A stretch of 64,000 nt of DNA from Eutreptiella sp. 'Long Island Sound 2002' (taxonomy: Eukaryota; Protista; Euglenida): the NCBI GenBank assembly GCA_964036045.1, contig OZ038378.1, forward strand, positions 30,318,001 to 30,382,000, in the 5' to 3' direction. The position numbers and the translations under genes are program-made. Within the stretch, counting starts at the first letter, position 1. Every line of letters begins with the position of its first letter. The notes beneath the pieces were generated by a model. The model saw only the letters and a program-made list of their open reading frames with translations. It was not told where the DNA came from and searched no databases. Shown here one piece after another: positions 36,680 to 48,399 of this stretch.

Positions 36680-38190
36680 TTGATTTCTCTCCATGCCCTA
36701 GCCCTGCATGAAGACTAAGGTTGGTTCGTTGGTCAATGTACAGTGTCCTCGGCCACTTGTCCGGCTCGGGGTCCGGTATATCAAGGGGCGCATTGCGCAT
36801 CTCTCTCCGCATGTGCCGTATGTGTGCTTGCTTGTAGTTGTCTGTGCTGTCGTCCGACACCTGCACTACTGCCCGCCTCTTGATTCCCCCGCCCCTGGTC
36901 TGTTTTAGTTTGGTGGCCTCTGGATTGCTCTGTGGCATGTCCCTGACACGCCTCGCCTGTGCACCTTAGACAACGCCGCCCCCGCCTTTGCCAGGGCATC
37001 CGCCTCTTCATTATACACCAGTCTGTTGTGCCCGTGCACATGTATCGTCAAAATCGGTGTTGTTTTGGCCTAATTTATTTGATATATTTCCTCCCGCACG
37101 TCATGGTGTCGGACCGGCTTCTTGCCTTGCGCCATCCACCCCGTGCGCTTATAGTGGAAAAGATGTCCATGCACCACTTTGAAACACTATACAGGCACAG
37201 GGGGGTTGATGGTCGGTATCTGATTGACTGAATGCCCCCGCCATAGGCACTTTCAGCCCTTAGTCCCAATGTGATGCTCATCCGGTAATTAGGGCTGACC
37301 GGCGGCGCCGCTCACATGCAGCACAAATCACGGGGTCTATGTACACGCTGTATTCACCTGAGGTCCGGTCCTGTTCACCTGTAGCTGCGTAAAGGCATAC
37401 GTGTGTCTGTGTGAAGAGCACAAGGAAAAACTAACCTAGATGATACCCAGCTATTAGACGATCTTACCACAAGTACAACACATTTCAAGCCGTCGCATGG
37501 CGCATCGCAGCCCTCCCCGGGGTTCGAACCACCGTCTACGGGATGGGAGCATCGCTGCATGCCATTCAACTACGGGGACGATACTGGCTTCTATGCGGTA
37601 GGGGGTTGGGGATTCAAAAGGGTCGCCATTGGTGGGTGCCGTGGCAGTGATTGCCACCCGTCACGCCCTGTCTACAACCTCGAAGGGCAAAAGGGCAATC
37701 TGGGCTTTCACGTGTGGCATTGTCCTGCGTCTGTGTGTGTATGGTGTCTTCCGGTGGGTGCTGAGCCAATAGTTGAGTCACCGGGCTCGTGCCGTGATGG
37801 CACCGTTCCTCGGAATTTGGCAGCCGTTGCACGGCTGCCCTCACTGCTGAAACTTCCACTCTATTGTTCGTTTGGGCCCCTACCACCGGCTGACTTAAAT
37901 TGGGAAATTCTCCATGAGGTAAGTACACTCCAAATCCTGCTTGTCCTCGGATCTCGGATCCATCTATCCACGCATGGATCTGGGCATCCCCCAAGAAGTC
38001 GGGTACCGATTCCACGTCGGATCATTCCTCTAGGAACGCCTACCCCCTCGCCATATTTCGGTCCTCGTTGCCACTCGTGCACACGCCAGCGACCAATACT
38101 CATCGGAGTCCATTGGGCACTCGTCGTTGGCGTCCTGTGGCTGCTGTCGAGCGGCTGCCTCTTCTCCTTGGGATGTCATGTCCAGGTCCC
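36680..38190 (-). mobile_element. LINE 3' fragment with an RNase H split by a ~600-bp insertion
   Basis: N-half at ~37825-37980: IHAWIDGSEIRGQAGFGVY...AQTNNRVEVSAVRAA. C-half at ~36960-37200: LCLYSVSKWC, YKRTGWMAQGKKPVRHHDV, IHVHGHNRLVYNEEADALAKAGA. Confidence 0.85.
37505..37579 (-). other. tRNA-like sequence (tRNA-derived SINE head or tRNA pseudogene)
   Basis: A-box-like TAGTTGAATGG (37572-37562) and B-box GGTTCGAACCC (37530-37520) at tRNA spacing. Acceptor stem pairs only partially and no clean anticodon arm is seen. Confidence 0.6.
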
Positions 38191-38194
38191 TCCC

Positions 38195-38370
38195 GCGGGG
38201 CGAAATCAGAAGTGGCCCATAAATGGGCAAGGTGGCTACATCACCCCTGCCGCCTCGGGGATCCCCACCGCTTCAAAGCGGGGGGCAAAATCAGAACTGG
38301 CCCATAAATGGGCAAGGTGGCTACATCACCCTTGCCGCCTCGGGGATCCCCACCGCTTCAAAGCGGGGGC
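38195..38370 (+). repeat. Diverged 85-bp satellite units (about 2)
   Basis: aaatcagaagtggcccataaatgggcaaggtggctacatcacccctgccgcctcggggatccccaccgcttcaaagcgggggg, homologous to the 26.6-27.8-kb unit. Confidence 0.92.
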
Positions 38371-39256
38371 AGGGGGGGGGTAGAAAAAAAAATTCCTGGT
38401 ACCGGCGTACAGCTTTTTTTTCGGGGGGTACCCCCGGAGGGGGAGGGGGGTACGAAAAAAAAATTCGCGCGAAAATTTTTTCCGGACCCCAAAACCTGAA
38501 ATTTCCTTAAGTCTACCCCACGTGTTTGGGTTTGGAAGGTGCAAGGAGGGTATTTTTCAAAGTAACCATGCATATTTCAGCCGATATGGGTGGTATTTGT
38601 GTTTAAGGGCACAAAGACCCCCGGTCTGTTCCGGCTGCAATGCAGCGCCCCACCCTGGCCTCTTATCGGCAGGAAAGAGTCCCCAGATAAGGCAATACAC
38701 CCTATCTGGGGCGAGAAACTGAACCAGTAGCATTGAAGGACAAGGGTGATTGATGTCCATTCTGGCCGTTCTGCAGGTTGCCCAAGCCTACAGTGGACCC
38801 CACAATGTCATGTCCCCATTGCCTTCTCGCATGCTGGTTGATGACCGCCACGCCACAATGGCTTGCCAACAAAGATTGGTTCTCAATGAGGCTACGGTTT
38901 GTGTGTTGGTGTGTTAGTATGTCTCTGTATGTGTGTGAATGGTGCACATTGTCGCACTACGCCGTTCTTGCGCGCACATCGCCAAAAAAATTTTTCTCCT
39001 ATGGTTTTATATGACTACAAAAAACGTTTAGTTAAACGCGTGTTTATGGGTGCACCGCATGCACATCGTTTGTCCAGACCCCCCAACCGCAGCCCCATGT
39101 GCTACCAACCTTCATTGGCTTGCCAACGTTTCGCCCGCCAAACGGGGTGCCCACTCCCGTAAGGCCGTTTCGAGTCGTTTCGCGTTTCGAGTGGCATTAC
39201 GCGGTCACCCCATTGCCGGCCAACGCACCTTGTTGCCGGTTATCCCCAGCGGCCAC

Positions 39257-39437
39257 TTATCGCTTCTTTGGCTTCCCACCTTGGGAAGCTGCGGGTCGCT
39301 TCTGGCCTGTGTTGCCCGGAGCCTGCTGCTTTACCGGGGATTTCGCTTTTGTGTGCTTCTTCTTCTCCGGAATCTGCTTCTTCTTCCGCTTCTCGGCCTG
39401 CGTGTTGCTACTACTACTGCTCTGTTTGCTGCTGCTA

Positions 39438-39470
<33 letters not shown>

Positions 39471-39913
39471 CTGTTGTCGCTGCTTAGGCTGCTGCTGTTG
39501 CTGCTACTACTACTACTCTGACTGGTGTTGTCCTCGTCCTCGTCAGGGTCATAATCTGCATCATGTTGTTCCTGAGCTGCCATGACTGATGCTGCTGCTT
39601 TGTCTCCTGCCTTGAGGGCCTTCGCTGCTGCTGCTTGCTCCGCCACATTGTCTGCATTGGCGAAAATATCACGTTGCAACCTGGTCTCACCTTTCAATTT
39701 TTGCCGCTTCCCCTTCACGCGTGTCTTCTCGCGCTCTTTCTTCTTTGCAGCCAACTCTTTTCCCCAAGCAGTCATTCCTTTCTGCAGGATGGCCTTCTCC
39801 TCCTCGTCAACCTCCCATAGCGCCCGATGCTGCTGTGTGAAGGGGAAGTTCTTATGTGCGTCATCATGCAGCGAGATTCCCAGCGGCCACACCCGGGGAT
39901 GGATCGGACACAA
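39257..39913 (-). pseudogene. Coding-like fragment (Lys/Glu-rich coil, acidic, Ser-rich and Lys-rich tail) inside the Mutator-like element; function unknown
   Basis: 218-codon ORF with coherent composition (HRALWEVDEEEKAILQKGMTAWGKELAAKKKERE...). No clear start and no recognised domain. Confidence 0.4.
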
Positions 39914-39926
39914 TGCTCAATGTGGG

Positions 39927-40080
39927 TGGCAGCGTCCCGCGCCAGGGGCCCCTTGTCCGCGGGCTGACGTTTGCAGTTAACAAGTGTCCCCCGCTACTGG
40001 AGGTGGCAGCGTCCCGCGCCAGGGGCCCCTTGTCCGCGGGCTGACGATTGCATTTAACAGGTGTCCCCCGCTACTGGACA
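39927..40080 (+). repeat. Two tandem copies of a 78-bp unit
   Basis: ggcagcgtcccgcgccaggggccccttgtccgcgggctgacg...cccccgctactgga occurs twice in tandem. Confidence 0.9.
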
Positions 40081-40328
40081 GAAATCAATGGCGCCGTGCA
40101 AAAAAAAAAACCCACTTACTTTTATCTCACAAGTAGTTCATGTACCAACGTCCTACAATGTGGCAAAGTGAAGGTGGCATGCAAGTTCAAGTAGCACACA
40201 GTAAAGAGGTTCCTCCTGGCGAAAAAAAATTCCTACATGGGGTGCCGCCTTTTTTTTCGGGGGGTACCCCCGGAGGGGGGGGGGGTACGAAAAAAAATCC
40301 GCGCGAGTTTTTTTCCACCCCCCCCCCT

Positions 40329-40600
40329 GAGCGGGGGGCAAAATGAGAAGTGGCCCACAAGTGGGCAAGATGGCAACATCACCCCTGCCGCCTTGGGGAT
40401 CCCCACCGCTTCAAAGCGGGGGGCAAAATCAGAAGTGGCCCACAAGTGGGCAAGATGGCAACATCACCCTTGCCGCCTCGGGGATCCCCACCGCTTCAGA
40501 GCGGGGGGCAAAATCAGAAGTGTCCAAAAAAGGGCGGAAATGCAACGTCACCCTTGCATTATGGGGGGTCCCTAGCTAAGGGGACAAAATCAAACGTGGC
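40329..40600 (+). repeat. Diverged 85-bp satellite units (about 2 plus a degenerate third)
   Basis: Homology to the 85-bp unit, decaying after 40520. Confidence 0.9.
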
Positions 40601-40849
40601 TAAATTGGGGGCAAGGACAAAACTTTGGATGTGCAGTCCAAAAGAATACCACTAGAAAAAAATTCGCACACATGATGTGTCTGCGTCGAAAAACACCCTT
40701 AAAACCCACCCTCAGACCATTTTTAAAAAAGGGGGAGTTTTCAAAACCCCCCACGCTATCGGAATTCTCGGAAACCCCCCCCCCCCCCCTGGGCGCACCA
40801 ACTTGACGAACAAAAGGTGGAGCGGCTTTTGGTCACCCGCAAAGGACGT

Positions 40850-43800
40850 TCACACCCTGTCCAGTGGCTTCATGGCAAACCCGCGAACTTGAGGTAAAGG
40901 AGCCGTGTAACCATGGAAAAGAGTTGTCACTTCCTCTGCCGAAAGACCAGGCACGTCTTCAAGGTACAGATCCTGATGAGGGGGCTTCGCTGCGACGATC
41001 TCCCAGTGAAACTTGTTGTGGGCCGCATTGACCTCTTGTTGTAGCTCGTCGATGATGTCGATTGATTCTTGCCCGAGAACGTATGACCAACGTCAATTTG
41101 AGTCCTCCCCATCCCTAAGTACACGCTAGAACACCCAATGTTGTTCTAGCCCAAAACATCTAGACTAGATGTTCTAGAGTAGAATGGCTGTAGCCTAGAA
41201 CACAAATCGTTCTAGCCTGGAGTGGTAGAATAGGTAGAACATAAAAAAACAAATTATCACAGTGGGTCGGGGGGCGCATGACACACACACACTCATAGCA
41301 ACCAACACACTTGACGCATGCATACGCATATGCCCCCCCCCCCCCAGCATACATACAGTTTTGCAAAAGCATATGCACAACAGATCACACAACATACAAT
41401 GTCAAGGGTGGGGAGGGTGGGTAAGAGGCCAAACACAAGCTCCGCACAAACACCCCTTCAGTGTTGAGCTATCAGCCCCCCCCCCCTTCCATGTTGTGGT
41501 CTGGGTTGTTGGGCCCCTGCTTGTTGTGCTTAAGGTTAGGGAGGGTATCCGTTTCCTCTTTGCAGGTGTGCTGGTTTTTTTTGATTGGGGTGAAGAAGTG
41601 GGTGCACAATGACACCAAGAGGTAGGTGTGTTACTCCTTCCCTCCTCCCTGCCATGTGTGTCTATGGCATGGGGTTGCCTAGTGTAGAGGTCCCCCCTTC
41701 CCACCATCCCTCCTCCCTTGCCCCACCCCCCCCCCCCTTCGAGCTGGGTTATGCACTGTGTTGTGCGGGTCAGTGGTATGCTTTGTCCCCCCTCCTCCTA
41801 GGTTATGGAGTCCCCCCCACTCTGTGTGCACTAGTACATGCCTTGTTGGCTGGTTGGCTGTTGGTTTTCGGGTTGCTTGGTTGGTTGTTGCGTTGGTTGG
41901 TTGGTTGTTGGTTGATCGGTTCTGGCACAGCTGAGTTTGGCTGGTTGGTTCGTTGGTTGGTTGGTTCGTTGGTTGGTTGGTTGGTTGGTTGGTTCGTTGG
42001 TTGGTTCGTTGGTTGGTTTGTTGTTGGCTAGTTGCTGGGGTGCATGTGTGTGTATTGTCTGGACACATGCTGTGTGGTGTTGTTGCACAATGTGTCTCTG
42101 TGTAAGCATGCCTGTGCAGCCATTGCAAGGCTCTTTGGGGGGGTTGTACACATTTCACCTGGCGTTCTAGCGGCGTTCTAGCGAGGTGTTCTCGCGGCGT
42201 TCTAGGGAGCGAAGCGGCGCCGCTAGAACGCCGCTAGAACGCCAAAACGAAATGTGCACAACCCCCCCCCCCCCCAGGACCTTTGCAATCGCTGCACATA
42301 CATGCTTACACACAGACACAGTGTGCAACAAAACCACACAGCACGTGTCCAACAAACACACATACACCCCACCCAACACCATCTACAATGCTACAACACC
42401 TGTGCACACACCCCCGCAACTAGCCAACAAACAACGAACCATGCAACCAACCAACCAACCAACCACCCAGCCAAACTCAGCTATCCAAGAACCCATCCAC
42501 CAACAACCAACCAACGAACCCAACAACCAACCAAGCAACCCGAAAACCAACAGCCAACCAACCAACAAGCTAGGTACCAGTGCACACAGGGGGGGGGGGG
42601 GTTGCATAACCTGGGAGAACGGGGGACAAAGCATACCACTGACCAACATAGCACAGCTCCTGACACTACAGCAAAACACTAGGTAACCCCATACCACAAA
42701 CACACATGGCAGGGAGGAGGGAAGGAGTAACACATCTACCTCTTGGTGTCACCGTGTACCCACTTCTTCACCCCAATCAAAAAAACCAGCACATCTGCAA
42801 AGAGGAAATGGATACCCTCCCTTAAGCAAAACAAGCACGGGCCCCACAACCCAGACCACAACATGGAAAGGGGGGGGGGGCTGATAGCTCGACACTCAGG
42901 GGGTATTTGTGCGGTGCTTGTGCTCGACCTCTTGGCCCCCCCTCCCCCCCGTGACATCTTGTGCTGTGTGTTGTGTTGTGCATATGCCTATGCCAAAGTG
43001 TGTGGGGCGGGGGGGCACATATGCCTATGCATGCGTCAAGTGTGTTGGTTTTTATTCGTGTATGTGTATTACCCCTCCACCCCACCCCCACTTTGGTGTC
43101 CCTTAGATGCGACAAATGCATGAATGTTTTTGTTCTAGTTGTGTTCTAGGCTAGAACGTCGCTAGAACGAAATCATTTGCACTCCGAAATCAGGTGAAAA
43201 CACTGAAATTATGAAAAAACAAGCATGGGCCCCCGAGTACGGATAGGGGGGTCCAAGTTGAAACCCCCAAAGCCCCCCCCCCCCCCCACCTCCACGGGGA
43301 GGGGGTAACCACCTCTTTTTTTTCGTTCTAGCCACTCTAGCGGCGTCTAGGCTAGAACGAGATTGCGTCTTCTAGCGTGTACCAAGGGATGTGCCTCCAA
43401 CGGTGTGGTACCGTCTGCCCCCTTGACACGGTCGTCGTGCACGCCAGTAAGTAGTGGTGGTGGTAGAGAGGGGATGGTAATGGAGTCGTTGTTGTGCGTC
43501 ACCCATAGCCCAGCAGACGTTGTTCCTGACCCATGTTCACTCCATTGGTGAGGGAAGTCACTTCGGAGGGAGTACACGGGACTTGACAAACTTGCATCCT
43601 TCTCCATGGACAGGCAAAGGCGGTGCTGCAAAGGTCCTTGCCATGATGTGTTTTTCCGAGAGGCCCCTTGGGGGGCATCTGCTCGGAGGTCCAGGCACCC
43701 GTCGTCATCCAGGTTCTCGAGGTACATCGTCTCCTGGCAGCCATTCCCATCCACGGTAGCTTGGGCATACTCAAATAGGTGCTCCAGGTCTTCGCCACTG

Positions 43801-44047
43801 GGCCGTACCACCACCAGCTGCAGAGCTAGGTTCCCTTCGAGAATGTCGTGGAGGACGTCGCTGATCGCTTGGCGGTGAACGCGGGTAGCATCTTGACATC
43901 CCCCATGGCACCATTCGCATTGCACCTGCATACTCTCCTTTGCAAGGATGCATTGCGTGGGCATTTTGGCGGCATGGACCACCGCTGCTCCTGTCTTGGT
44001 CCCCACACTGCCAATCCACCCCTTGGCAAGGTTGTCCACTTTCGGCA
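40850..44047 (-). pseudogene. Unknown intronless ORF (MPKVDNLAKG...) split by fold-back element copy 2
   Basis: Removing 41122-43381 restores one frame: ...EAHPLV|LRDGEDSN*RWSYVLGQESIDIIDELQQEVN...FAMKPLDRV*, about 310 codons with one internal TGA. Confidence 0.6.
41122..43379. mobile_element. Fold-back non-autonomous DNA element, copy 2 (complete)
   Basis: TIR CACGCTAGAA...TTCTAGCGTG with a TA duplication in a gTAc context (41120-41121 and 43380-43381). CTAG arrays at both ends and at the centre (42160-42245). Arms ~41270-42170 and ~42240-43090 are inverted. Confidence 0.92.
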
Positions 44048-44999
44048 TTGCAAAGAGGACAAAGGTGCTAATACAAGACAGGGGCCATGGACAGGTTTCA
44101 AGACAGGGGGCTGTCCTTGGACAAGGGATGCAGAAAGGCTTCAAAACAGGCGGTTGTCGTAAGACAGGTGGCAGAAGACAGGGGGGCTGTTGTCGGATAG
44201 ACCCCCTATCTTGTGCAAAGATAGGGGCTACCGTGAAAAAAAAAGGTGGCCGAAACACAAGCGCACAACGCAACCACTTGTACATTCGGGCTAATTTCAC
44301 CTGCCTAAGCGCACAGAAACCCCAAGAACATGCACAGGTGCGGGGTATGGGGTGCCAAAAATGTGGTGCGACAGGGGGAGGCTATCGGCTTCATCCTGTC
44401 TGGCTACACCTCACATTGGGTGTTGCTAACATTAGGGCACAAAACTGCTTCCCAACACATGTCGCTCACGCGCACAACACGGAATTTTTTTTGGCACCTA
44501 AATACTTGGCACCATGCCAACCCTTGGTGAGAGTCATTCTTCTAATTTTGCTGGAAACATTGTCAGCAACAGGTCTAATCCTACTCCGCCTATCGGGAGC
44601 GTTGCTTCCGACATCGGAAGCATTTTCCCTGACCGATCGGTGGGGGCATTGCACCCAATTGTGGTCAGCAGTTTGCAACCACTCAGCGGAGCATTGCTTT
44701 AGACATCGGAAGCGTTTTTCGGTGCGCACGCCCGGTGTGAGGTGTGCACCATACCTAGGGACGAGCATACAATGACTCCCCAGCCCAGACACCTTATATC
44801 TATGTCCAAAAACGCCAAGTGCACCGCCCCACCAACCACCACCACCACCACCATCACCCATAAATAAAGTTCACTAATATACAATGCTCCGCCAATCCCC
44901 AAAGAGAAGCTGCCCCGGCTACCATGGCCAGCCGTGGCCAATCACATGGTGCCGATGCTGGACCCGACTCAGGAGCGCACGCTCCCCCCCCTCCCCCCT

Positions 45000-47900
45000 G
45001 CCCCCCTTCCGCCATAGCCTCTTCCCGCCCAGCCCGGTTAGTCCTCCCCACTCTGCATGTACAAACACAGACATGCACAACAAGACGAATGAGGTATGGC
45101 TTGGTCTTATGTTTCAAAGCATCTTCAGTGCTGATAGGGAAGAAGTCCCCCTCACCCGGTAAATGGGTTATGGGCGTTGAGCTAGATGCTGCATCAACAT
45201 CGACGACAACAGGGGCTAGCCACTAGGACAAGCTCCGCGTAGAGCGCGTGTGTCCCGCAGAACTTTTTCGCCAAGGCGGTGCCGGTGCGGCAGCCTCAGG
45301 GTCAAAATTGCTGGCTGTGACAGCATTGCTGGTTGCGTCACCATCCAAGGCATCACTCCCACTCCCACTCCAACTCCCACTCTCACTCCCAGTCTCACTC
45401 CCACTGTCACTGCCACTCGGGGAGTCCCCTATGTCCGACTGGGGATCCCCTACGGGCTCAGACGAATCCTCTGCATCAACTACAATGTGCCGATGCAGCT
45501 TCGCTGACCGCATTGGGAAAATGCGCCGCGCACTGCCATCTCCCTCGGGCACGTGCCCAGGCGGCACGTACTCTGTGGACGAGTCCACCTGCGACGGATG
45601 AGGAACAACCAACACCTGCTGGGCATTCTGTATAGTACACACCCTACCCTTTGTCTTTGCCCTTCTGTGTGCCTTGTCATCTGCACTACGCTGACGGTTG
45701 GGCACAAAAGAGCGCACCGAAACGTAGGAAACCCTGGGCCACCCTTATAGTACTTCTAAATGGAATGCCACCCACTCACGCCTACCACTACGTTCATACC
45801 TGCAGTGTCCGTAAATGCAGTACACATCATGTGCATCCACTTCACTCACAAGCTGCACTAGCACCGATTGGGTGTGCACGTTGCAAAGGACCGTAATGGT
45901 TGGCAGTGCCAATAATGGCCGCACAATGCGCTCCACAATGACACGCCACTCCGGCGATGCACTCAGAACACATTGTTCGAACACTAACGCCCGTCGGACA
46001 GGCTTCCAGAAGTGTACTTGCGACCGCCTGCTTTTGCGGGCCGGGAACTTAGTAGAAAACTCATGATTGAGTGTTTTCCTGATGCTATCTTCAGGGCAAG
46101 TGGTGGTTAGTATGGCAAACCTCTTGCCAAGACGCAAATCGCGCTCCCTTGCCTCATCGCTGTATTGGATGGGTACGCGTGCTTGGGAGAAGGCGTGGGT
46201 AAGGCCGTGCAAATAAAGTGTGGCTGTTGACCCACTCTCTGCATATTCCATGATCAAATGGATCGGGTATACATGGATTTTGCCCCACGCCTGCCATACC
46301 CCCGGGGGTGGGCCGAGATCTGAGGCATATAGCACGACTACCACATGGCAGAACGACAGAAACAACAGATGAAAAGGGAGCGGAAGGATGCAGCCTTATG
46401 CCACTAGCGCTGCAAATTCCCGCCCCCTCCGGCCAGTGAAAGAAACCCCGGTGCGAAATCGGCGTCGCACGAGGCTACAGTACTGTTTGCCGTCCTGCTA
46501 AACGTCCCCCAAATTGTACCCAGGCGCAACAACAAATATATATCGATGCATTGCACATCCATGATCTGCAGGGAGTATGCGCCCTACTGCCCCACAGTTA
46601 CGGCTTATGCATCCCTTTAAATTGTGGAGTATCGGCTGACTCACAAATGCTTGAGCCAAACCTACAACACCACTGAACATTCTGCCCACTACTTGGGGTG
46701 GGTGCGGGTCAGATTGGAAAAGCTCACGGACACCCTGATGCCGCTGCCACGGACACACAACACAACACCTTCCCCCACATTCCCACCACAAATGGTGGGG
46801 GTGCACCTGAACAATGACATCATGCGTGCAGCCCCCCCACTGCACCGGAAGACAAAACGGTGTCTTATGAAGCTTTGGCAGTCCAAAAGAAGGCTCCTTG
46901 GCACCAGCCATGATCTCGGCGTAAACTTTGTCATACGTCGTTCAGGGGAATCGTTTCTGCGCGGCAACAAGGGGTTCTCCTCCATCTAGTTGGTGGTTGC
47001 TGAGATCATGTGCTTGCACTTCCGATTGGTGATGGCAAAGCCGGGCGAGCCCTTGTTTTGCACCATCTTTGCCCAATCCTGCGGTTTGGTCCCAGCGGCA
47101 GTGACGATGGCTACAATCGCCGTGTACATGCAAACCCACCACTGTGTCTTTGCCCGGTCCGCGACTCTCACCACCTCCCATTCTTCATCAAACGCCAACA
47201 CCTCATCCAACATTCTTGAGGCTCCGGAATCCTAGATGTCGATGATGCAGATGTCCACATCCACTTCCGGTTCGCTCCGCCTGCCCTCCTTCTTGCATTA
47301 GTTCTTGACCGGGGCTTCTCACTCGCCCTTCTTGTCACAAGCACGGCAAAACCGTGCCGCACGCCCTCGCCGGTTGCACCCCACGATCTAGCCTTCGTGG
47401 GTAATTTGCTCACTCGCTCCCTGCGCTTTGGCTTCTTCGTCAGGGGTTGGGGCTTCCGCTTCTTCTGTTCCAATCTCACCCGAATCTTCTCATAGTATGA
47501 GAGCCTCTTTAGCACCTCCTTGTACTGGTTCCACATCGCATCCACGGGAGCTCTGGCCTTCTTTTCGGCTCCTGCAGACTTTCTCCCACCCCCATATGTT
47601 GCAACCAACTTGTCTTCGCCCCTTTGGATCTTGTCCGCCAAGTCTTGGCTTTGTTCTCTTGCCTGCATCACCGCACTGTGTGCCACCGGGTACGACGCCT
47701 TGCGCATGGGCTCCTAGGTATCTGCTGTCCGGGCAACTAGCTAATGCTGATGATGGAGGACAGCTCCGGCATATTTTTCCCGATGTTTGTCAACACCCGC
47801 GAGACGTTCAGCAGGTGGTGGCTGGCAGGTATGTTGATGCTCAAGGGAGACCGGAGTACACCGCGCCTTGTCTCCAATGAGAACAGGCCTCCAGGCGCAG

Positions 47901-48027
47901 GGCACTTATACTGCCAGCCCCGTTCCGCCTCAATTTTCTTTGCGTCGTCGGATGGGGCTACGGCTCCCGGCTTGGCCTCAGGTTTGACATTGCGAAAGAA
48001 GCACCCTAGTGGCAAAGCATGCTGCAA
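45000..48027 (-). pseudogene. Long decayed ORF (about 900-1000 codons if repaired); candidate transposase of uncertain superfamily
   Basis: ORFs 46498..46911, 45745..46365, 45223..45717 and 44854..45117 share one frame and are separated only by isolated stops. 46689..46985 and 46986..47213 abut in another frame. 47168..47707 and 47737..48027 join by frameshift. Confidence 0.45.
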
Positions 48028-48399
48028 TCTTTATACGGCTACGTTGGTGGACGGCTAGACTGCTTCACTGCTCTAGACACCAACACTAATGATCTCACGG
48101 CCTATGATGGGCACGGATCCACAAACTAGCCGCCGTCGCGAATAAATATTATAGAGTGCACGGTCACCAGACCTTGTGCATTACGAGGGGCGTGCGCATT
48201 GCGTAGGCGGCAGTGAAGACGGCATTATAGTAACAAATTTAATCCCTTGTGGTGTTCACCAACACGACTTGCCCTTGGCGTGTCAATTATGTGACAACAA
48301 AAATGAAAAAGCCATTATGACCCATAACCCCAAAGAGAAAGAACGAACCGCTGATTTTTGTGAACGGGAGCCGCTGCTGGTGCAGGTCGCAGTTGCAGT

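Larger units (their letters stand above)
38371..40328. mobile_element. Mutator-like non-autonomous TIR element carrying coding-like sequence, inserted into an 85-bp satellite array
   Basis: Ends A-G9-TAGAAAAAAA and TTTTTTTCCA-C10-T are inverted. A ~100-bp subterminal module is repeated at both ends. Flanks aagcgggggc and gagcggggggc form an imperfect 10-11-bp TSD, and the satellite continues in register on both sides. Confidence 0.6.

Noticed and set aside
39050-39585. Poly-Leu, poly-Cys and poly-Ala ORFs on the plus strand
   Set aside because: Antisense readings of the (CTG/CTA)n tract that encodes poly-Ser on the minus strand.
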